This document shows, one piece after another, positions 16,567 to 26,775 of a stretch of 64,000 bases of DNA (its first letter is position 1; each line of letters starts with the position of its first letter). The notes beneath the pieces are model-generated. The model made no database searches. It saw only the letters and a program-made list of their open reading frames with translations, and was not told the DNA's origin. Made by a program: the position numbers and the translations under genes. The stretch covers positions 67,342 through 131,341 of the forward strand of contig JBAZYN010000001.1 in assembly GCA_041659325.1 (NCBI GenBank), in the 5' to 3' direction. The DNA comes from Candidatus Shapirobacteria bacterium. GTDB lineage: Bacteria > Patescibacteriota > Microgenomatia > UBA12405.

Positions 16567-17815
16567 AGCTCTTGTCTATCGACCAAATGTTCCCGTCGGT
16601 GACCGCGGAAGCGGGAGACTACAGGGTCAATATCACGATCAGTTAAAAGCTTCACGTCAGTTAACGCCGGAAGAATGGTTAGGAGTTTTTCAAGATCGAA
16701 CCATTATTACCATCCCCGGAGAAAGCCACACCTTTGCTATTATTCTCCGTCCGGAGTTTGATGTTCCCCCGGGGTGCGATCATATGATCGTTGCTGAACC
16801 TCACTATCATCCCGGATCACCTGATTTTTATGAGCTGTCAGTACTCGCCCCTGCAGATGCACTAACAATGCTAAGAACCACCTTCGCTGTTCTTCATTCT
16901 TACAGGCAACAAGGATGTGATCATGTCAGAGCCGTTTTGAATTGTTCATCCTATGACAGTGGAGCAATTTTCAGGGGCACCGTTGTTGACAAACAAAGAT
17001 TGCCACAATCACTGATGGTCCCTCATTTCAAAACCGGTGGGTTAAAACTTAGAGAAATTCCACAATCTACTATCCTGGAAAGTGAAACCCCTTATCTTAA
17101 CCGGCCGTTACAATCAGAACTAAATCAAATTGTTAAGTATTTATCACAAAAACTGGATATATCGGTCAGCGACGGTAGTCTTCCTGCGATTGCCGTGTCA
17201 TGCGGGTCTGACCCCGGCAAACTTATTTCACTATATCAACAATTGCACCGCACAATGTTCGAAATATCTTCCTACTCGATTGGTTACGAGGGTATTCATC
17301 TGGAATCGCATGCCACCGGGACTAACCACCAAAGAACGCCAACTGTTACCGATAGTACAGGGAGGGTGTCAAACGATGATTCGGTTAAGTCTATAACTGA
17401 ATGGCTAGGCAGAGAATCGAGTCGACCTGGCACACTCGTCTCCCAAAGTGTTTTCAGAGACGATTTAACCCTTTCAGCGCTAATGGCACAATATCTCACT
17501 GCCCAGAGAGCCTATCTGGAAGCTCATCCCGCTCAAACTATGATTTTTGGTCCATCTTACAGCATGCTTATTCATGGTGTCACGAACGAGCCAGTGACAG
17601 CCCATTTTGTTCCGGCCGAGTTTGTTCCCAAAGGAGCAAACACCATCGTCAATGAATTTCCCCAGGAGACAAGACGCGCACTAACTCCAGCCGAAGTCGA
17701 AGCAATTAGAATAGGTAACGGTAAGCTTTATGATTATCTTCAAGGACATACTCCTTTTCATCCTATGTTTAATCTTGATTTCGACCTACAAAAATATGCT
17801 GACAGTTTCAACTGA
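16559..17815 (+). CDS. Hypothetical protein, possibly with a divergent HIT/GalT-like fold
   Basis: 418-aa ORF with a GTG start overlapping the gatB stop; only weak motif resemblance. Confidence 0.65.
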   Translation: MTEALVYRPNVPVGDRGSGRLQGQYHDQLKASRQLTPEEWLGVFQDRTIITIPGESHTFAIILRPEFDVPPGCDHMIVAEPHYHPGSPDFYELSVLAPADALTMLRTTFAVLHSYRQQGCDHVRAVLNCSSYDSGAIFRGTVVDKQRLPQSLMVPHFKTGGLKLREIPQSTILESETPYLNRPLQSELNQIVKYLSQKLDISVSDGSLPAIAVSCGSDPGKLISLYQQLHRTMFEISSYSIGYEGIHLESHATGTNHQRTPTVTDSTGRVSNDDSVKSITEWLGRESSRPGTLVSQSVFRDDLTLSALMAQYLTAQRAYLEAHPAQTMIFGPSYSMLIHGVTNEPVTAHFVPAEFVPKGANTIVNEFPQETRRALTPAEVEAIRIGNGKLYDYLQGHTPFHPMFNLDFDLQKYADSFN

Positions 17816-17838
17816 TAAAAACGGAAATTTTAGAAAAA

Positions 17839-18159
17839 TTACTTTCCTGAACCTCTGACCCTCCAAGCCACCAAGTAGTCTCTTCCCTCAGGTGTTCTTA
17901 CCGATCCGGTACCACCAGTTTGTGTTCCTTTTATTGCATCATTTTGCAAAAGATTTGATCCGGGGACGGCAAAACGCACTTGTAGCTCTGTTCCAAATGG
18001 GCTGTTAAATAATGTTTGCTCTTTCGCTCCGATTTTTAATTCGACTGTACTACTTTGACCACCTTCGATTACCCCAGAAGCGCATCGTTCGACAACTAGG
18101 CCATCAGCCCCAACTTTAACTTCAAACGACGCATAAAATACATCTACTCTCCTATCCAT
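17839..18159 (-). CDS. Hypothetical protein (106 aa, beta-rich)
   Basis: Fills the gap; perfect extended -10 TGCTATAAT 6 nt upstream of the ATG. Confidence 0.75.
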   Translation of the reverse strand: MDRRVDVFYASFEVKVGADGLVVERCASGVIEGGQSSTVELKIGAKEQTLFNSPFGTELQVRFAVPGSNLLQNDAIKGTQTGGTGSVRTPEGRDYLVAWRVRGSGK

Positions 18160-18165
18160 GAGCGC

Positions 18166-18174
18166 ATTATAGCA
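18166..18174 (-). promoter_or_regulatory. Extended -10 promoter (leaderless-type)
   Basis: TGCTATAAT-N6-ATG on the minus strand. Confidence 0.7.
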
Positions 18175-18303
18175 TGATAATATAACTTTATTGTGTTACT
18201 TTCACCCTCCTCTCGCAGATACCCGTCTTTGCCAAAATGGCCTGTGGGTAAAACCCGGCAACCCTTCCTCATCGCCCCTCGCCTCTGAGTGTCGTTGAAC
18301 CGA

Positions 18304-18312
18304 TGCTACAAT
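18304..18312 (+). promoter_or_regulatory. Extended -10 promoter (leaderless-type)
   Basis: TGCTACAAT-N6-GTG(18319). Confidence 0.65.
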
Positions 18313-18318
18313 TTATCA

Positions 18319-21300
18319 GTGGATAAAATTAAGACTAATTTTCAGACCGAATACGATCGTCTGAATCCCGAGCAGAAAACCGCCGTCGATACCATTGAAG
18401 GGCCGGTCATGGTTATTGCCGGCGCCGGCACCGGCAAAACTCAAACTATTGCCCTCCGCATCGGCAACATTCTCCAAAAAACCCAAACCCCGCCTTCTTC
18501 GATTTTATGTTTAACTTTCACCGAATCGGCCGCTATAAATATGCGGCAACGATTGATTGCCTTAATCGGCGCTTCGGCATACAGTATCCGCGTTTCCACC
18601 TTCCACTCCTTTTGCAATTCGGTCATCAGGGAACATCCGGAACGCTTTTTATTTTCCAAAAAAGAATCCACCTCTCTTGATGATGTCAAGCGGATTCAAA
18701 TTATCCGTACCCTTATAGATCAGCTCCCCGCCGGAAGCGCTCTCACTAGTTTCAATGCTCCATATTACTGGCAGCGCGATATTATTTCCTCCCTTCAGGA
18801 TCTCAAAAAAGAAAACGTTACCCCGGAAAATTTTTCAGAATTGATCAAATACGCCGCAGATTTTGTTTCAAATTCAAATGGTGCCTACGATCAACTTTCA
18901 AAAATCAGAGCCACCGAAAAAGCCTCCGGCGAGTTGGCGGGTATAGTCGAGAAACTGGCAGAAAATGTCCACATTCATCCTCTCTACCAAAGCCGGGTTA
19001 ATTTATATCTGACCCTCTTTAAGCAAGGGGACACCTCTCTCTCCGATCTCAAAAAGAATATTCGTGATTTGATAGAAAAAACCAAAAATAACTTACCCAG
19101 ACTCAACGATCTTTTAACTATTTACCGCGGTTATCAACAGGCCCTCCTCGACCAGAATCTTTTCGACTACGACGACATGATTCTCTGGGTTTTAGCCGCT
19201 TTCAGAAACAATCAGGAATTATTGGCCGAATATCAGGAAAAATATCAATACCTTTTAGTCGATGAATTTCAGGACACAAATTCATCTCAATTTGAGATTT
19301 TAAATCTGTTAAGCAGCCACCAATCAGAACCAAATTTATTTGTCGTCGGTGACGACGATCAGTCCATCTACCGTTTCCAGGGTGCTTCGGTTGAAAACAT
19401 CTATAATTTTTATCAAAGATATCAGGCCGGTATTAGAGTCATTGTATTAAAAAACAATTACCGTAGTCACAAACTGATACTGGAATCATCCGATTGTGTT
19501 ATAAAAAACAATTTAGTTCGCATCACTCAATATATAAAAAACTTAGACAAGTCCCTCGTCTCCACAAAAACATTCGATCCCGACCCGATCAATTTGGGAA
19601 TTTATACCAGCCCCGAAGACGAAGTTATAAATGTAGTCCAAAAGATCAAATCACTTATCGGTGATGGGGTAAGTCCAAAAGAAATTGCCGTACTTTTTCG
19701 TAACAACGCCGATATTCAGGATTTTTTGCCGGCTTTTGACCAACAAGGTGTAAAGTACCTTCTTTCAGATAACATAGATATTTTAAAAAGTAGGGAAATT
19801 CAGCAGTTGATTGATCTCATGAAGTTTATTGTCAATCCCCACGACGATCACACTCTTGGTCAAATTTTATCCTTTAACTTTTTGAAAATCGACCCCTTTG
19901 ATCTTTACCGCTTATACCACTACACTGGCAGACACGATCTGTCCGTCTCCGAATTTATACTCGACAAAAACAATCTCTTGTCGCTTAAGATAAAGCCTTA
20001 TACCATCCGTCAACTCAGAAATTTCGTTATTCGGGTTGCCAAAACCAGGCAGAAATCCGGCAATCTGCCTCTCGACCACCTATTTAACGAAATTATCCGT
20101 CGTTTCCGTCTTTTAAAATACATTCTCGATCAACGTCGTGTTGACTTGCTTAAGCAGTTAAACGTCCTTTTTAGTTTAATAAAATCCCGTCTTCAAAATG
20201 AGTCCACTTATACTCTTGAACAATTCGTTGAAGAGCTTGATCTGCTGAGAGAAAACCAGATAAATCTTAATTCCCAGCCGCTTCTGGTCGACATCGATAA
20301 AAGTGTCCGTTTAATGACTGTTCACAAAGCCAAGGGGCTGGAGTTTGAACATGTATTTCTTGTGAAAGTAGTAAGTGGTAAATGGGACAGTTCTTCCTCC
20401 CGAAATTTAATTAAATTACCCCTTGGAATAGTCAAGACTGATATTACCCAAGTTACCGGTGACCAAGATCTCGAAGAAGACCGTCGTCTTTTTTATGTTG
20501 CTCTCACCCGGGCTAAAAAACAAATTTACATCAGCCTTTCCCGGCGCACCGAAACCGGTCGTGAGCAGCTGCCATCAGTGTTTGTCAGCGAAATCAACCC
20601 CTCTCTTTTAGAAAAATTTGAAAGCACCGCCGAGAGTGAAGCTCATAGTCTTCGCTCTCAATATTCAGTATCTTTTCCCAAGCTTAAGTCAATTAATCTC
20701 TCTGATTATCTAAGAAATTATCTTTCCACCTCATATCGTTTTAATATCACTCACCTAAACTCTTATCTAAATTGCCCTCTCTGTTTCTTTTTCAAAACAA
20801 TACTTCGCCTACCTTCTCCCAAAACCAGGAGTCTCTCGATGGGTACTTCCGTCCATGGCAGCCTTGCCTATTTGTTTCAAGTCTACAAAGAAGATAACAG
20901 GCTAATCTCCTTGGATAAATTTAAAGAAATTTATAAAAATAATTTGCAAAGAGAACATCTACCGAAAAAGGACCATCGGCAAGTTCTTGCCGCCGGCCTG
21001 CAGATTTTAACCGATTATTATAATCATTATCAGACCGAGTTTAACGGCAACTGTTTTACCGAACACGATTTCCGTTTTCATGGTATAAGATTAAACGGTA
21101 TTCCGATTACCGGAAAAATCGACAAAATTGACATTATCGATAAAAATCACGTTAACGTGGTTGACTTCAAAACCGGTAAACCTGATAATAAATATGGAGA
21201 ATTGAGCCGTGATGGTGACTATTTCCGCCAACTGGTTTTCTACAAGATCCTCTGCGAAAATTCAGCCACATTTCCATACAAAGTTACCCAAGGCACGATC

Positions 21301-21492
21301 GACTTTATCGAAAAAACTAAGTCGGGTGAATTTAAACGGGTAACTTTTGAGATAACTTCAGACGATGTTAACAATCTTACTCAGCTTATTGCAGAAACCT
21401 ATGCCAAAATCGCTGATTTAGAATTTATTCCCTCACGGACGTGTAGGGATCCGGATCATGTCCACTACCTGTTTGACCAGTATTTTTTATAA
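18319..21492 (+). CDS. UvrD-like helicase fused to a C-terminal PD-(D/E)XK (RecB-like) nuclease
   Basis: AGAGTGKT, VDEFQD, QSIYRFQGA, MTVHKAKGLEF, EEDRRLFYVALTRA; nuclease GKIDKID...VDFKTG and RQLVFY. Start reassigned to GTG 18319. Confidence 0.9.
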   Translation: MDKIKTNFQTEYDRLNPEQKTAVDTIEGPVMVIAGAGTGKTQTIALRIGNILQKTQTPPSSILCLTFTESAAINMRQRLIALIGASAYSIRVSTFHSFCNSVIREHPERFLFSKKESTSLDDVKRIQIIRTLIDQLPAGSALTSFNAPYYWQRDIISSLQDLKKENVTPENFSELIKYAADFVSNSNGAYDQLSKIRATEKASGELAGIVEKLAENVHIHPLYQSRVNLYLTLFKQGDTSLSDLKKNIRDLIEKTKNNLPRLNDLLTIYRGYQQALLDQNLFDYDDMILWVLAAFRNNQELLAEYQEKYQYLLVDEFQDTNSSQFEILNLLSSHQSEPNLFVVGDDDQSIYRFQGASVENIYNFYQRYQAGIRVIVLKNNYRSHKLILESSDCVIKNNLVRITQYIKNLDKSLVSTKTFDPDPINLGIYTSPEDEVINVVQKIKSLIGDGVSPKEIAVLFRNNADIQDFLPAFDQQGVKYLLSDNIDILKSREIQQLIDLMKFIVNPHDDHTLGQILSFNFLKIDPFDLYRLYHYTGRHDLSVSEFILDKNNLLSLKIKPYTIRQLRNFVIRVAKTRQKSGNLPLDHLFNEIIRRFRLLKYILDQRRVDLLKQLNVLFSLIKSRLQNESTYTLEQFVEELDLLRENQINLNSQPLLVDIDKSVRLMTVHKAKGLEFEHVFLVKVVSGKWDSSSSRNLIKLPLGIVKTDITQVTGDQDLEEDRRLFYVALTRAKKQIYISLSRRTETGREQLPSVFVSEINPSLLEKFESTAESEAHSLRSQYSVSFPKLKSINLSDYLRNYLSTSYRFNITHLNSYLNCPLCFFFKTILRLPSPKTRSLSMGTSVHGSLAYLFQVYKEDNRLISLDKFKEIYKNNLQREHLPKKDHRQVLAAGLQILTDYYNHYQTEFNGNCFTEHDFRFHGIRLNGIPITGKIDKIDIIDKNHVNVVDFKTGKPDNKYGELSRDGDYFRQLVFYKILCENSATFPYKVTQGTIDFIEKTKSGEFKRVTFEITSDDVNNLTQLIAETYAKIADLEFIPSRTCRDPDHVHYLFDQYFL

Positions 21493-21528
21493 AGCTCCTC
21501 TATTTTTCAAATCAGTTAAAATATAATC

Positions 21529-22626
21529 ATGACCCTTGTCTATGTCCTCTTGAGTTTCGTTATCATCCTGCTTCTATTTTTCATATTTCGGCAAAGAAAA
21601 GGTGTTGATTCTGAAAAGATATCAGACGATTTCTTCAACAAATTTAACGAAAAATTCCCAGAAATATTAAACCAGGCCAATAGCAGTCTCATTACACTAG
21701 CCGATCAGAAAATCGGCACTGATTTACAAAACAAAAAAACAGCCATAGAAGACTTGGTTAAACGGGTTCTCGAAGAGCTAGTCAGGAGTGGCCAGGAACT
21801 AAAAATTGCCGAACAAAATCGTATCGGTACTTTCTCAACCTTATCGCAAAAGCTCGAGGAGCAAAAGGCCTTAACTCAGCAGCTTTCTGCTACCACCGAA
21901 GGGTTGAAAAAAGTATTAAGCAATAATCAGCTTCGTGGTGCTTTTGGGGAAAGAATTGCCGAAGACTTGCTCAAAATGACAGGTTTTGTTCGCGGCATTG
22001 ACTACGAATTCAACAAGGAACAATCGACTACCGGTAGCCGCCCTGATTTTTGTGTATTCTTGCCTGATAGCGCCAAAATCAACGTCGACGCCAAATTCCC
22101 GTATAGCAATCTCCAGAAGCTGATCGAAACTGACAATCCGGATCAAAAAGCCGAGTATCTAAAGGCATTTGAAAAAGATGTCCGCGACAAAATCAGACAG
22201 GTGACCACCAGAGATTACATAGATCCGGAAAACAAAACGGTTGATTTCGTTATACTTTTTATCCCCAACGAAATGATATTTTCTTTTATATACGACAAAA
22301 TGCCTAATGTCTGGGAAGAGGCTATGGCCGGAAAAGTAGTTTTTGCCGGCCCTTTTAGTTTTACTGCCATTCTTCGGATGGTGCGGCAAGCTTATGATAA
22401 TTTTCGCTATCAAAAAAACGTTCAGGTCATCATTACTCAAATAAAACAATTCGAAAAAGAATTTAATAATTTCAATCAGGAATTTGAAAAAATCGGCGAA
22501 AGGATAGAATCATTATCAAAACAATACACCACTGTCAGCACCACCCGGACCCATCAGCTGACAAGGATAATCGACAAGATAAGATTAGAAAGTCCCGATC
22601 AGGACATCCCCGGTTTACCCTCTTGA
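21529..22626 (+). CDS. rmuC: DNA recombination protein RmuC
   Basis: N-terminal TM, coiled coil, RGAFGE, RPDF...VDAKFP, DFVILFIPNE. Confidence 0.92.
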   Translation: MTLVYVLLSFVIILLLFFIFRQRKGVDSEKISDDFFNKFNEKFPEILNQANSSLITLADQKIGTDLQNKKTAIEDLVKRVLEELVRSGQELKIAEQNRIGTFSTLSQKLEEQKALTQQLSATTEGLKKVLSNNQLRGAFGERIAEDLLKMTGFVRGIDYEFNKEQSTTGSRPDFCVFLPDSAKINVDAKFPYSNLQKLIETDNPDQKAEYLKAFEKDVRDKIRQVTTRDYIDPENKTVDFVILFIPNEMIFSFIYDKMPNVWEEAMAGKVVFAGPFSFTAILRMVRQAYDNFRYQKNVQVIITQIKQFEKEFNNFNQEFEKIGERIESLSKQYTTVSTTRTHQLTRIIDKIRLESPDQDIPGLPS

Positions 22627-22659
22627 CACTGATTAGCAGTCGACATATCATGTTGCTAA
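22623..22659 (+). promoter_or_regulatory. Sigma-70 promoter overlapped by a CIRCE operator
   Basis: TTGACA (22623-28)-N17-TATCAT (22646-51). TTAGCAGTC-N9-TGTTGCTAA (22633-59) versus consensus TTAGCACTC-N9-GAGTGCTAA, directly before hrcA. Confidence 0.85.
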
Positions 22660-22662
22660 CAT

Positions 22663-23403
22663 ATGACCGATTTAACTCAACGTCAAATTAAGATTTTAAA
22701 ATGTATCGCCGAAGAATTTATCGAGACCGCAACTCCGGTTGGCTCCGAAACACTGGAAAAAAAATATTCGCTTGGAATTTCTTCTGCTACCATCAGAAAT
22801 GAAATGTCGGCTTTAACCCAACTCGGGTTTCTCAAAAAAAGCCACCTCTCTGCCGGCCGTCACCCCACCTCCATGGGGCTTAAATATTATGTCCGTAACC
22901 TCATGACCCCCAAAGGCCTATCCATTAGTGAAGAAGTTGGCGCCAAAGAAAAAGTTTGGGATTATCGAAATGAATTTGAAAGGCTGATCAAGGAAACCAC
23001 CAAAGAGCTAGCTATCCGTACCAGAGCCATGGCCGTAGCTACTACCGACCAGGGCAGTGTTTACAGTTACGGAGCTTCTAATTTACTGGAAGAACCCGAG
23101 TTTTACAATATAGATGTAACTAAAACGGTATTATCTTTGATGGATAATTCGACCTATTGGTTTGACATCGTCAACAAGGGCAGTGGAATATCCGGTTTGG
23201 GCTCCGAAGAGGTGATTCATCTTTTAATTGGTGAAGACTTGGGCATGGAATTCCTGGAACCATGCGGTTTTATCTATCAAACATATGAGGCAGGCCCACA
23301 TCGTGGTATCCTGGGTATTATCGGTCCGGCCAGATTCAAATATCCGACTATCGTTCCGATTGTTGATTTTTTTGCCAATCTGATTTCAACCGTTAGTCGT
23401 TAA
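22663..23403 (+). CDS. hrcA: Heat-inducible transcription repressor HrcA (short form)
   Basis: PVGSETL, SSATIRNEM, HLSAGRHPT, GIIGPARF; precedes grpE-dnaK. Confidence 0.93.
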   Translation: MTDLTQRQIKILKCIAEEFIETATPVGSETLEKKYSLGISSATIRNEMSALTQLGFLKKSHLSAGRHPTSMGLKYYVRNLMTPKGLSISEEVGAKEKVWDYRNEFERLIKETTKELAIRTRAMAVATTDQGSVYSYGASNLLEEPEFYNIDVTKTVLSLMDNSTYWFDIVNKGSGISGLGSEEVIHLLIGEDLGMEFLEPCGFIYQTYEAGPHRGILGIIGPARFKYPTIVPIVDFFANLISTVSR

Positions 23404-23419
23404 TATTGTAATAACAAAT

Positions 23420-23890
23420 ATGACCAAAAAAGGCCTCAAACAAACTAATTCGATGCCGGATGAATCGCAGGATTTAAAGGCAAAAATCACCGAAATAAAC
23501 GATAAATTAGCCAGATCTTTGGCCGATTATGCCAATCTGGAGAAACGGATCGAATCTCAGCGTCAGCTCTTTTTTACCATGGCCGTCTCCTCGATAATCA
23601 TCAAAATGGTTGACGTTCTGGACGATCTTTACTTAGCCCAGGATCATCTCAAAGACAGGGGGCTCGAAATTGCCATCAACAAATTTGTTTCAGTCTTAAA
23701 ATCCGAAGGTTTAGAAGAAGTAAACGCTTGCGGGAAAACATTTAATCCCGAAACTATGGACTGTGTTGATGTGGGTGAAGGAAAGAAAGATTTGGTTCTA
23801 GATGTCAGAAAACGCGGTTATACTTTGAATTGTCAAAATATCAGACCGGCGCAGGTTGTTGTCGGCCGTGAACCTGAAATAAAAAATTAA
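23420..23890 (+). CDS. grpE: Nucleotide exchange factor GrpE
   Basis: ADYANLEKR, FNPE, RGY...IRPAQVVV. Confidence 0.93.
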   Translation: MTKKGLKQTNSMPDESQDLKAKITEINDKLARSLADYANLEKRIESQRQLFFTMAVSSIIIKMVDVLDDLYLAQDHLKDRGLEIAINKFVSVLKSEGLEEVNACGKTFNPETMDCVDVGEGKKDLVLDVRKRGYTLNCQNIRPAQVVVGREPEIKN

Positions 23891-23962
23891 AGAAATTATT
23901 GAATTTATTTATTAAATTGCTAAATTATTAAATTATTAAGTTTTTAAATTTTAAAAAAAATT

Positions 23963-25885
23963 ATGTCAAACAAAATCATCGGAATAGATCTCGGTACTAC
24001 CAACTCCTGCGTTGCTGTTATGGAGGCAGGTACTCCCAAAGTTATCTTAACTTCTGAAGGCAGAAACGTTATTCCCTCAGTTGTTGAGCCAATCAAGAAG
24101 TTGGTGGGGGATTTAGCAAAACGTCAGATGGTTCTAAATTCACAAAATACAATTTTTTCTATTAAACGATTAATGGGTCGCCGAATTGATGATCCTGAAG
24201 TTGTGAAAACTCAGAAAGTCGCTCCGTTCAAAATTGTTGCCGGTAAAGACAAAATGGCTGCCGTTGAAATCAGTGGGAAAATTTACACTCCCCAGGAAAT
24301 TTCAGCCATGATTTTACAAAAGGCCAAAGTCGATGCCGAGAAATATTTAGGGGAAAAAGTAACTTCTGCTGTTATCACTGTTCCGGCCTATTTTGATGAT
24401 TCTCAGCGACAGGCGACAAAACAAGCCGGGGAAATTGCCGGTCTCAAGGTAGAAAGAATTGTCAACGAGCCTACCGCTGCCGCCCTTGCCTATGGCTTTG
24501 ATAAAAAGAAATCAGGTCTGGTGGCGGTATATGACCTCGGAGGAGGTACTTTCGACATTTCAATTTTGGATATCGGTGAAGGTGTGATCGAAGTAATGGC
24601 TACAAACGGAGACACATTCCTTGGTGGTGATGATTTTGATCAAAAAATCATCACTTGGATTATTGATGATTTTCAGAAACAAAATGGTGTCAATTTAAGT
24701 AAAGACCCACAAGCTCTTCAAAGAGTTCGGGAAGCCGCCGAAAAAGCCAAAATCGAACTAAGTAATACAGTTGAAACCGATATCAATCTACCATTTATCA
24801 CCCAAAAAGACGGCAATCCGCTACATTTGACCAAAAAATTAACCAGAGCCGAATTGGAAAAATTAGTCGATGAATTAATCCAGAAAACCATCGGGCCGGT
24901 CGAAAAATGTCTCAGTGATGCAAACAAAAAAGCCCAGGAAAAAGGAGGCAAGGTGACCAAGTCCGACATTTCAGAAATCATAATGGTTGGTGGTATGACC
25001 CGTATGCCAAAAGTCCTTGAAGTGGTAAAAACATTTTTTGGTAAAGATTTAAATACAACCGTAAATCCGGACGAAGTCGTAGCCATCGGCGCTGCTGTTC
25101 AGGGAGCCGTTCTCACCGGGGAAGTAAAAGATATTGTTCTTCTGGATGTTACCCCTCTTACATTTGGGATTGAAACTGCCGGTGGTGTCAAAACCCCGTT
25201 AATCGAAAGAAACACTACCGTTCCGACCAAAAAATCACAAATATTTACCACCTATTCCGACAACCAACCTCAGGTAGAAATCAATGTCTTGCAGGGTGAA
25301 CGGCCGATGGCCGACGACAACAAGTCACTTGGTCGCTTTATTCTCGACGGTATCGCCCCGGCTCCACGCGGCATGCCTCAAATCGAGGTTACCTTTGACA
25401 TCGACAGCAATGGTATTTTAAGCGTTAGCGCCAAAGATAAGGGGACAGGAAAAGAACAAAAAATTACCATCCAAAATGCTACCAATCTTTCAAAAGAAGA
25501 AGTCGAAAAAATGAAAACCGACGCCGAAGCTCACGCTCGTGAAGATGAGGATAAGAGGCTTTTAGCTGAATCCAGGAATCGTCTTGACGGCACAATTTTC
25601 TCGGCGGAAAAATCGCTAAAAGATTTTGGAGACAAAGTAAAAGCCGAAGACAGGTCAAAAATCGAAGAAAAGATCAAATCCTCCAAAGAGATTTTATCAA
25701 AAGCCGACGCCAAGAAAGATGACTTCGACAAAGCTTCAGAAGAGTTAAGCCAGATTTTACAAACTATCGGCGCTGCAGCATATCAGCAACAACCGGAGCA
25801 ACCAAGTTCGGAGTCAAAAAAACCGGATGAAGCAGAAAAAACCGAACCACCCAGAGACGCCGAAGAAGGGGAAATTGTAAAATAA
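23963..25885 (+). CDS. dnaK: Chaperone DnaK
   Basis: [37 protein letters not shown]. Confidence 0.99.
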   Translation: MSNKIIGIDLGTTNSCVAVMEAGTPKVILTSEGRNVIPSVVEPIKKLVGDLAKRQMVLNSQNTIFSIKRLMGRRIDDPEVVKTQKVAPFKIVAGKDKMAAVEISGKIYTPQEISAMILQKAKVDAEKYLGEKVTSAVITVPAYFDDSQRQATKQAGEIAGLKVERIVNEPTAAALAYGFDKKKSGLVAVYDLGGGTFDISILDIGEGVIEVMATNGDTFLGGDDFDQKIITWIIDDFQKQNGVNLSKDPQALQRVREAAEKAKIELSNTVETDINLPFITQKDGNPLHLTKKLTRAELEKLVDELIQKTIGPVEKCLSDANKKAQEKGGKVTKSDISEIIMVGGMTRMPKVLEVVKTFFGKDLNTTVNPDEVVAIGAAVQGAVLTGEVKDIVLLDVTPLTFGIETAGGVKTPLIERNTTVPTKKSQIFTTYSDNQPQVEINVLQGERPMADDNKSLGRFILDGIAPAPRGMPQIEVTFDIDSNGILSVSAKDKGTGKEQKITIQNATNLSKEEVEKMKTDAEAHAREDEDKRLLAESRNRLDGTIFSAEKSLKDFGDKVKAEDRSKIEEKIKSSKEILSKADAKKDDFDKASEELSQILQTIGAAAYQQQPEQPSSESKKPDEAEKTEPPRDAEEGEIVK

Positions 25886-25891
25886 AAAGCA

Positions 25892-26746
25892 ATGAAACGT
25901 GATTTTTATGAAGTGTTGGGTGTTTCTAAAACCGCCAGTAAAGATGAGATCAAAAGTGCCTATCGCAAGATGGCCTTAAAGTTTCACCCGGATCGAAACA
26001 AAGAGCCCGATGCTGAAGAAAAGTTTAAAGAAATCAACGAAGCTTACGAGGTTCTTAGTAATGACCAAAAAAAATCAGGTTACGACCAGTATGGTCATTC
26101 GGCTTTTGATCCGGGATCGGCTGGTCCTTTTGGCGGTCATACCTACACCTCCCAAAACGGTCCTTTTAATTTCACCTGGACAGGTTCCGGAAATCAGACT
26201 AGTGGCGCGGATTTTGATTTTGGTGGATTTAGCAATCCCTTTGATATTTTTGAACAATTTTTTGGTAGTGCTTATTCACAAAATCGTGGTCCAAGGCTTG
26301 AAACATACAAAATTCAACTCTCTTTTTTAGAGGCCGCCAACGGTTGCCAGAAAGAAATAAATATCGGGGGCCTTAGAAAATCAATAAAAATCCCGGCCGG
26401 AGTTGACGATGGCCAGAAAATAAGGTTTAGCGATTTTATTCTCTATATCGACGTTCTCCCGGATAAAGTATTTAGACGAGAGGGAAACAACGTTTTTGTG
26501 AGCATAAATATCACCTTCACTCAGGCAACTTTGGGCGACGAAATTATGGTTCCCACTCTAAATGATCCGGTCAAAATCAGGGTAAAACCCGGCACTCAGC
26601 CAAATACCCTGGTTAGAATCCGAGGTAAGGGAATAAAAGATGTAAATGGTTATGGCCAAGGGGATTTATACTTACAGCTAGTCGTCGAGGTTCCCACCAA
26701 GTTGTCCCCGGGACAGAAACAACAAATTCGCGACTTAGGATTATAG
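25892..26746 (+). CDS. dnaJ: DnaJ-family co-chaperone lacking the zinc-finger domain
   Basis: J-domain HPD, G/F region with DIF, C-domain IPAGVDDG; no CxxCxGxG. Confidence 0.9.
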   Translation: MKRDFYEVLGVSKTASKDEIKSAYRKMALKFHPDRNKEPDAEEKFKEINEAYEVLSNDQKKSGYDQYGHSAFDPGSAGPFGGHTYTSQNGPFNFTWTGSGNQTSGADFDFGGFSNPFDIFEQFFGSAYSQNRGPRLETYKIQLSFLEAANGCQKEINIGGLRKSIKIPAGVDDGQKIRFSDFILYIDVLPDKVFRREGNNVFVSINITFTQATLGDEIMVPTLNDPVKIRVKPGTQPNTLVRIRGKGIKDVNGYGQGDLYLQLVVEVPTKLSPGQKQQIRDLGL

Positions 26747-26775
26747 CGGCTTCATCTGGTATAATACCCCCATAT

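Noticed and set aside
18195-18295. tRNA, SRP RNA, RNase P, c-di-GMP riboswitch or HDV-like ribozyme
   Set aside because: Diagnostic motifs not found by eye on either strand; kept only as an unassigned candidate.
18319-22626. Anti-phage defence island
   Set aside because: UvrD-nuclease and RmuC fit housekeeping repair/recombination; no methylase, toxin or other defence genes are adjacent.
24718-25731. Antisense ORFs within dnaK, and similar ones in pnp, ftsK, rpoB and rpoC
   Set aside because: Fully nested opposite conserved genes with no motifs.
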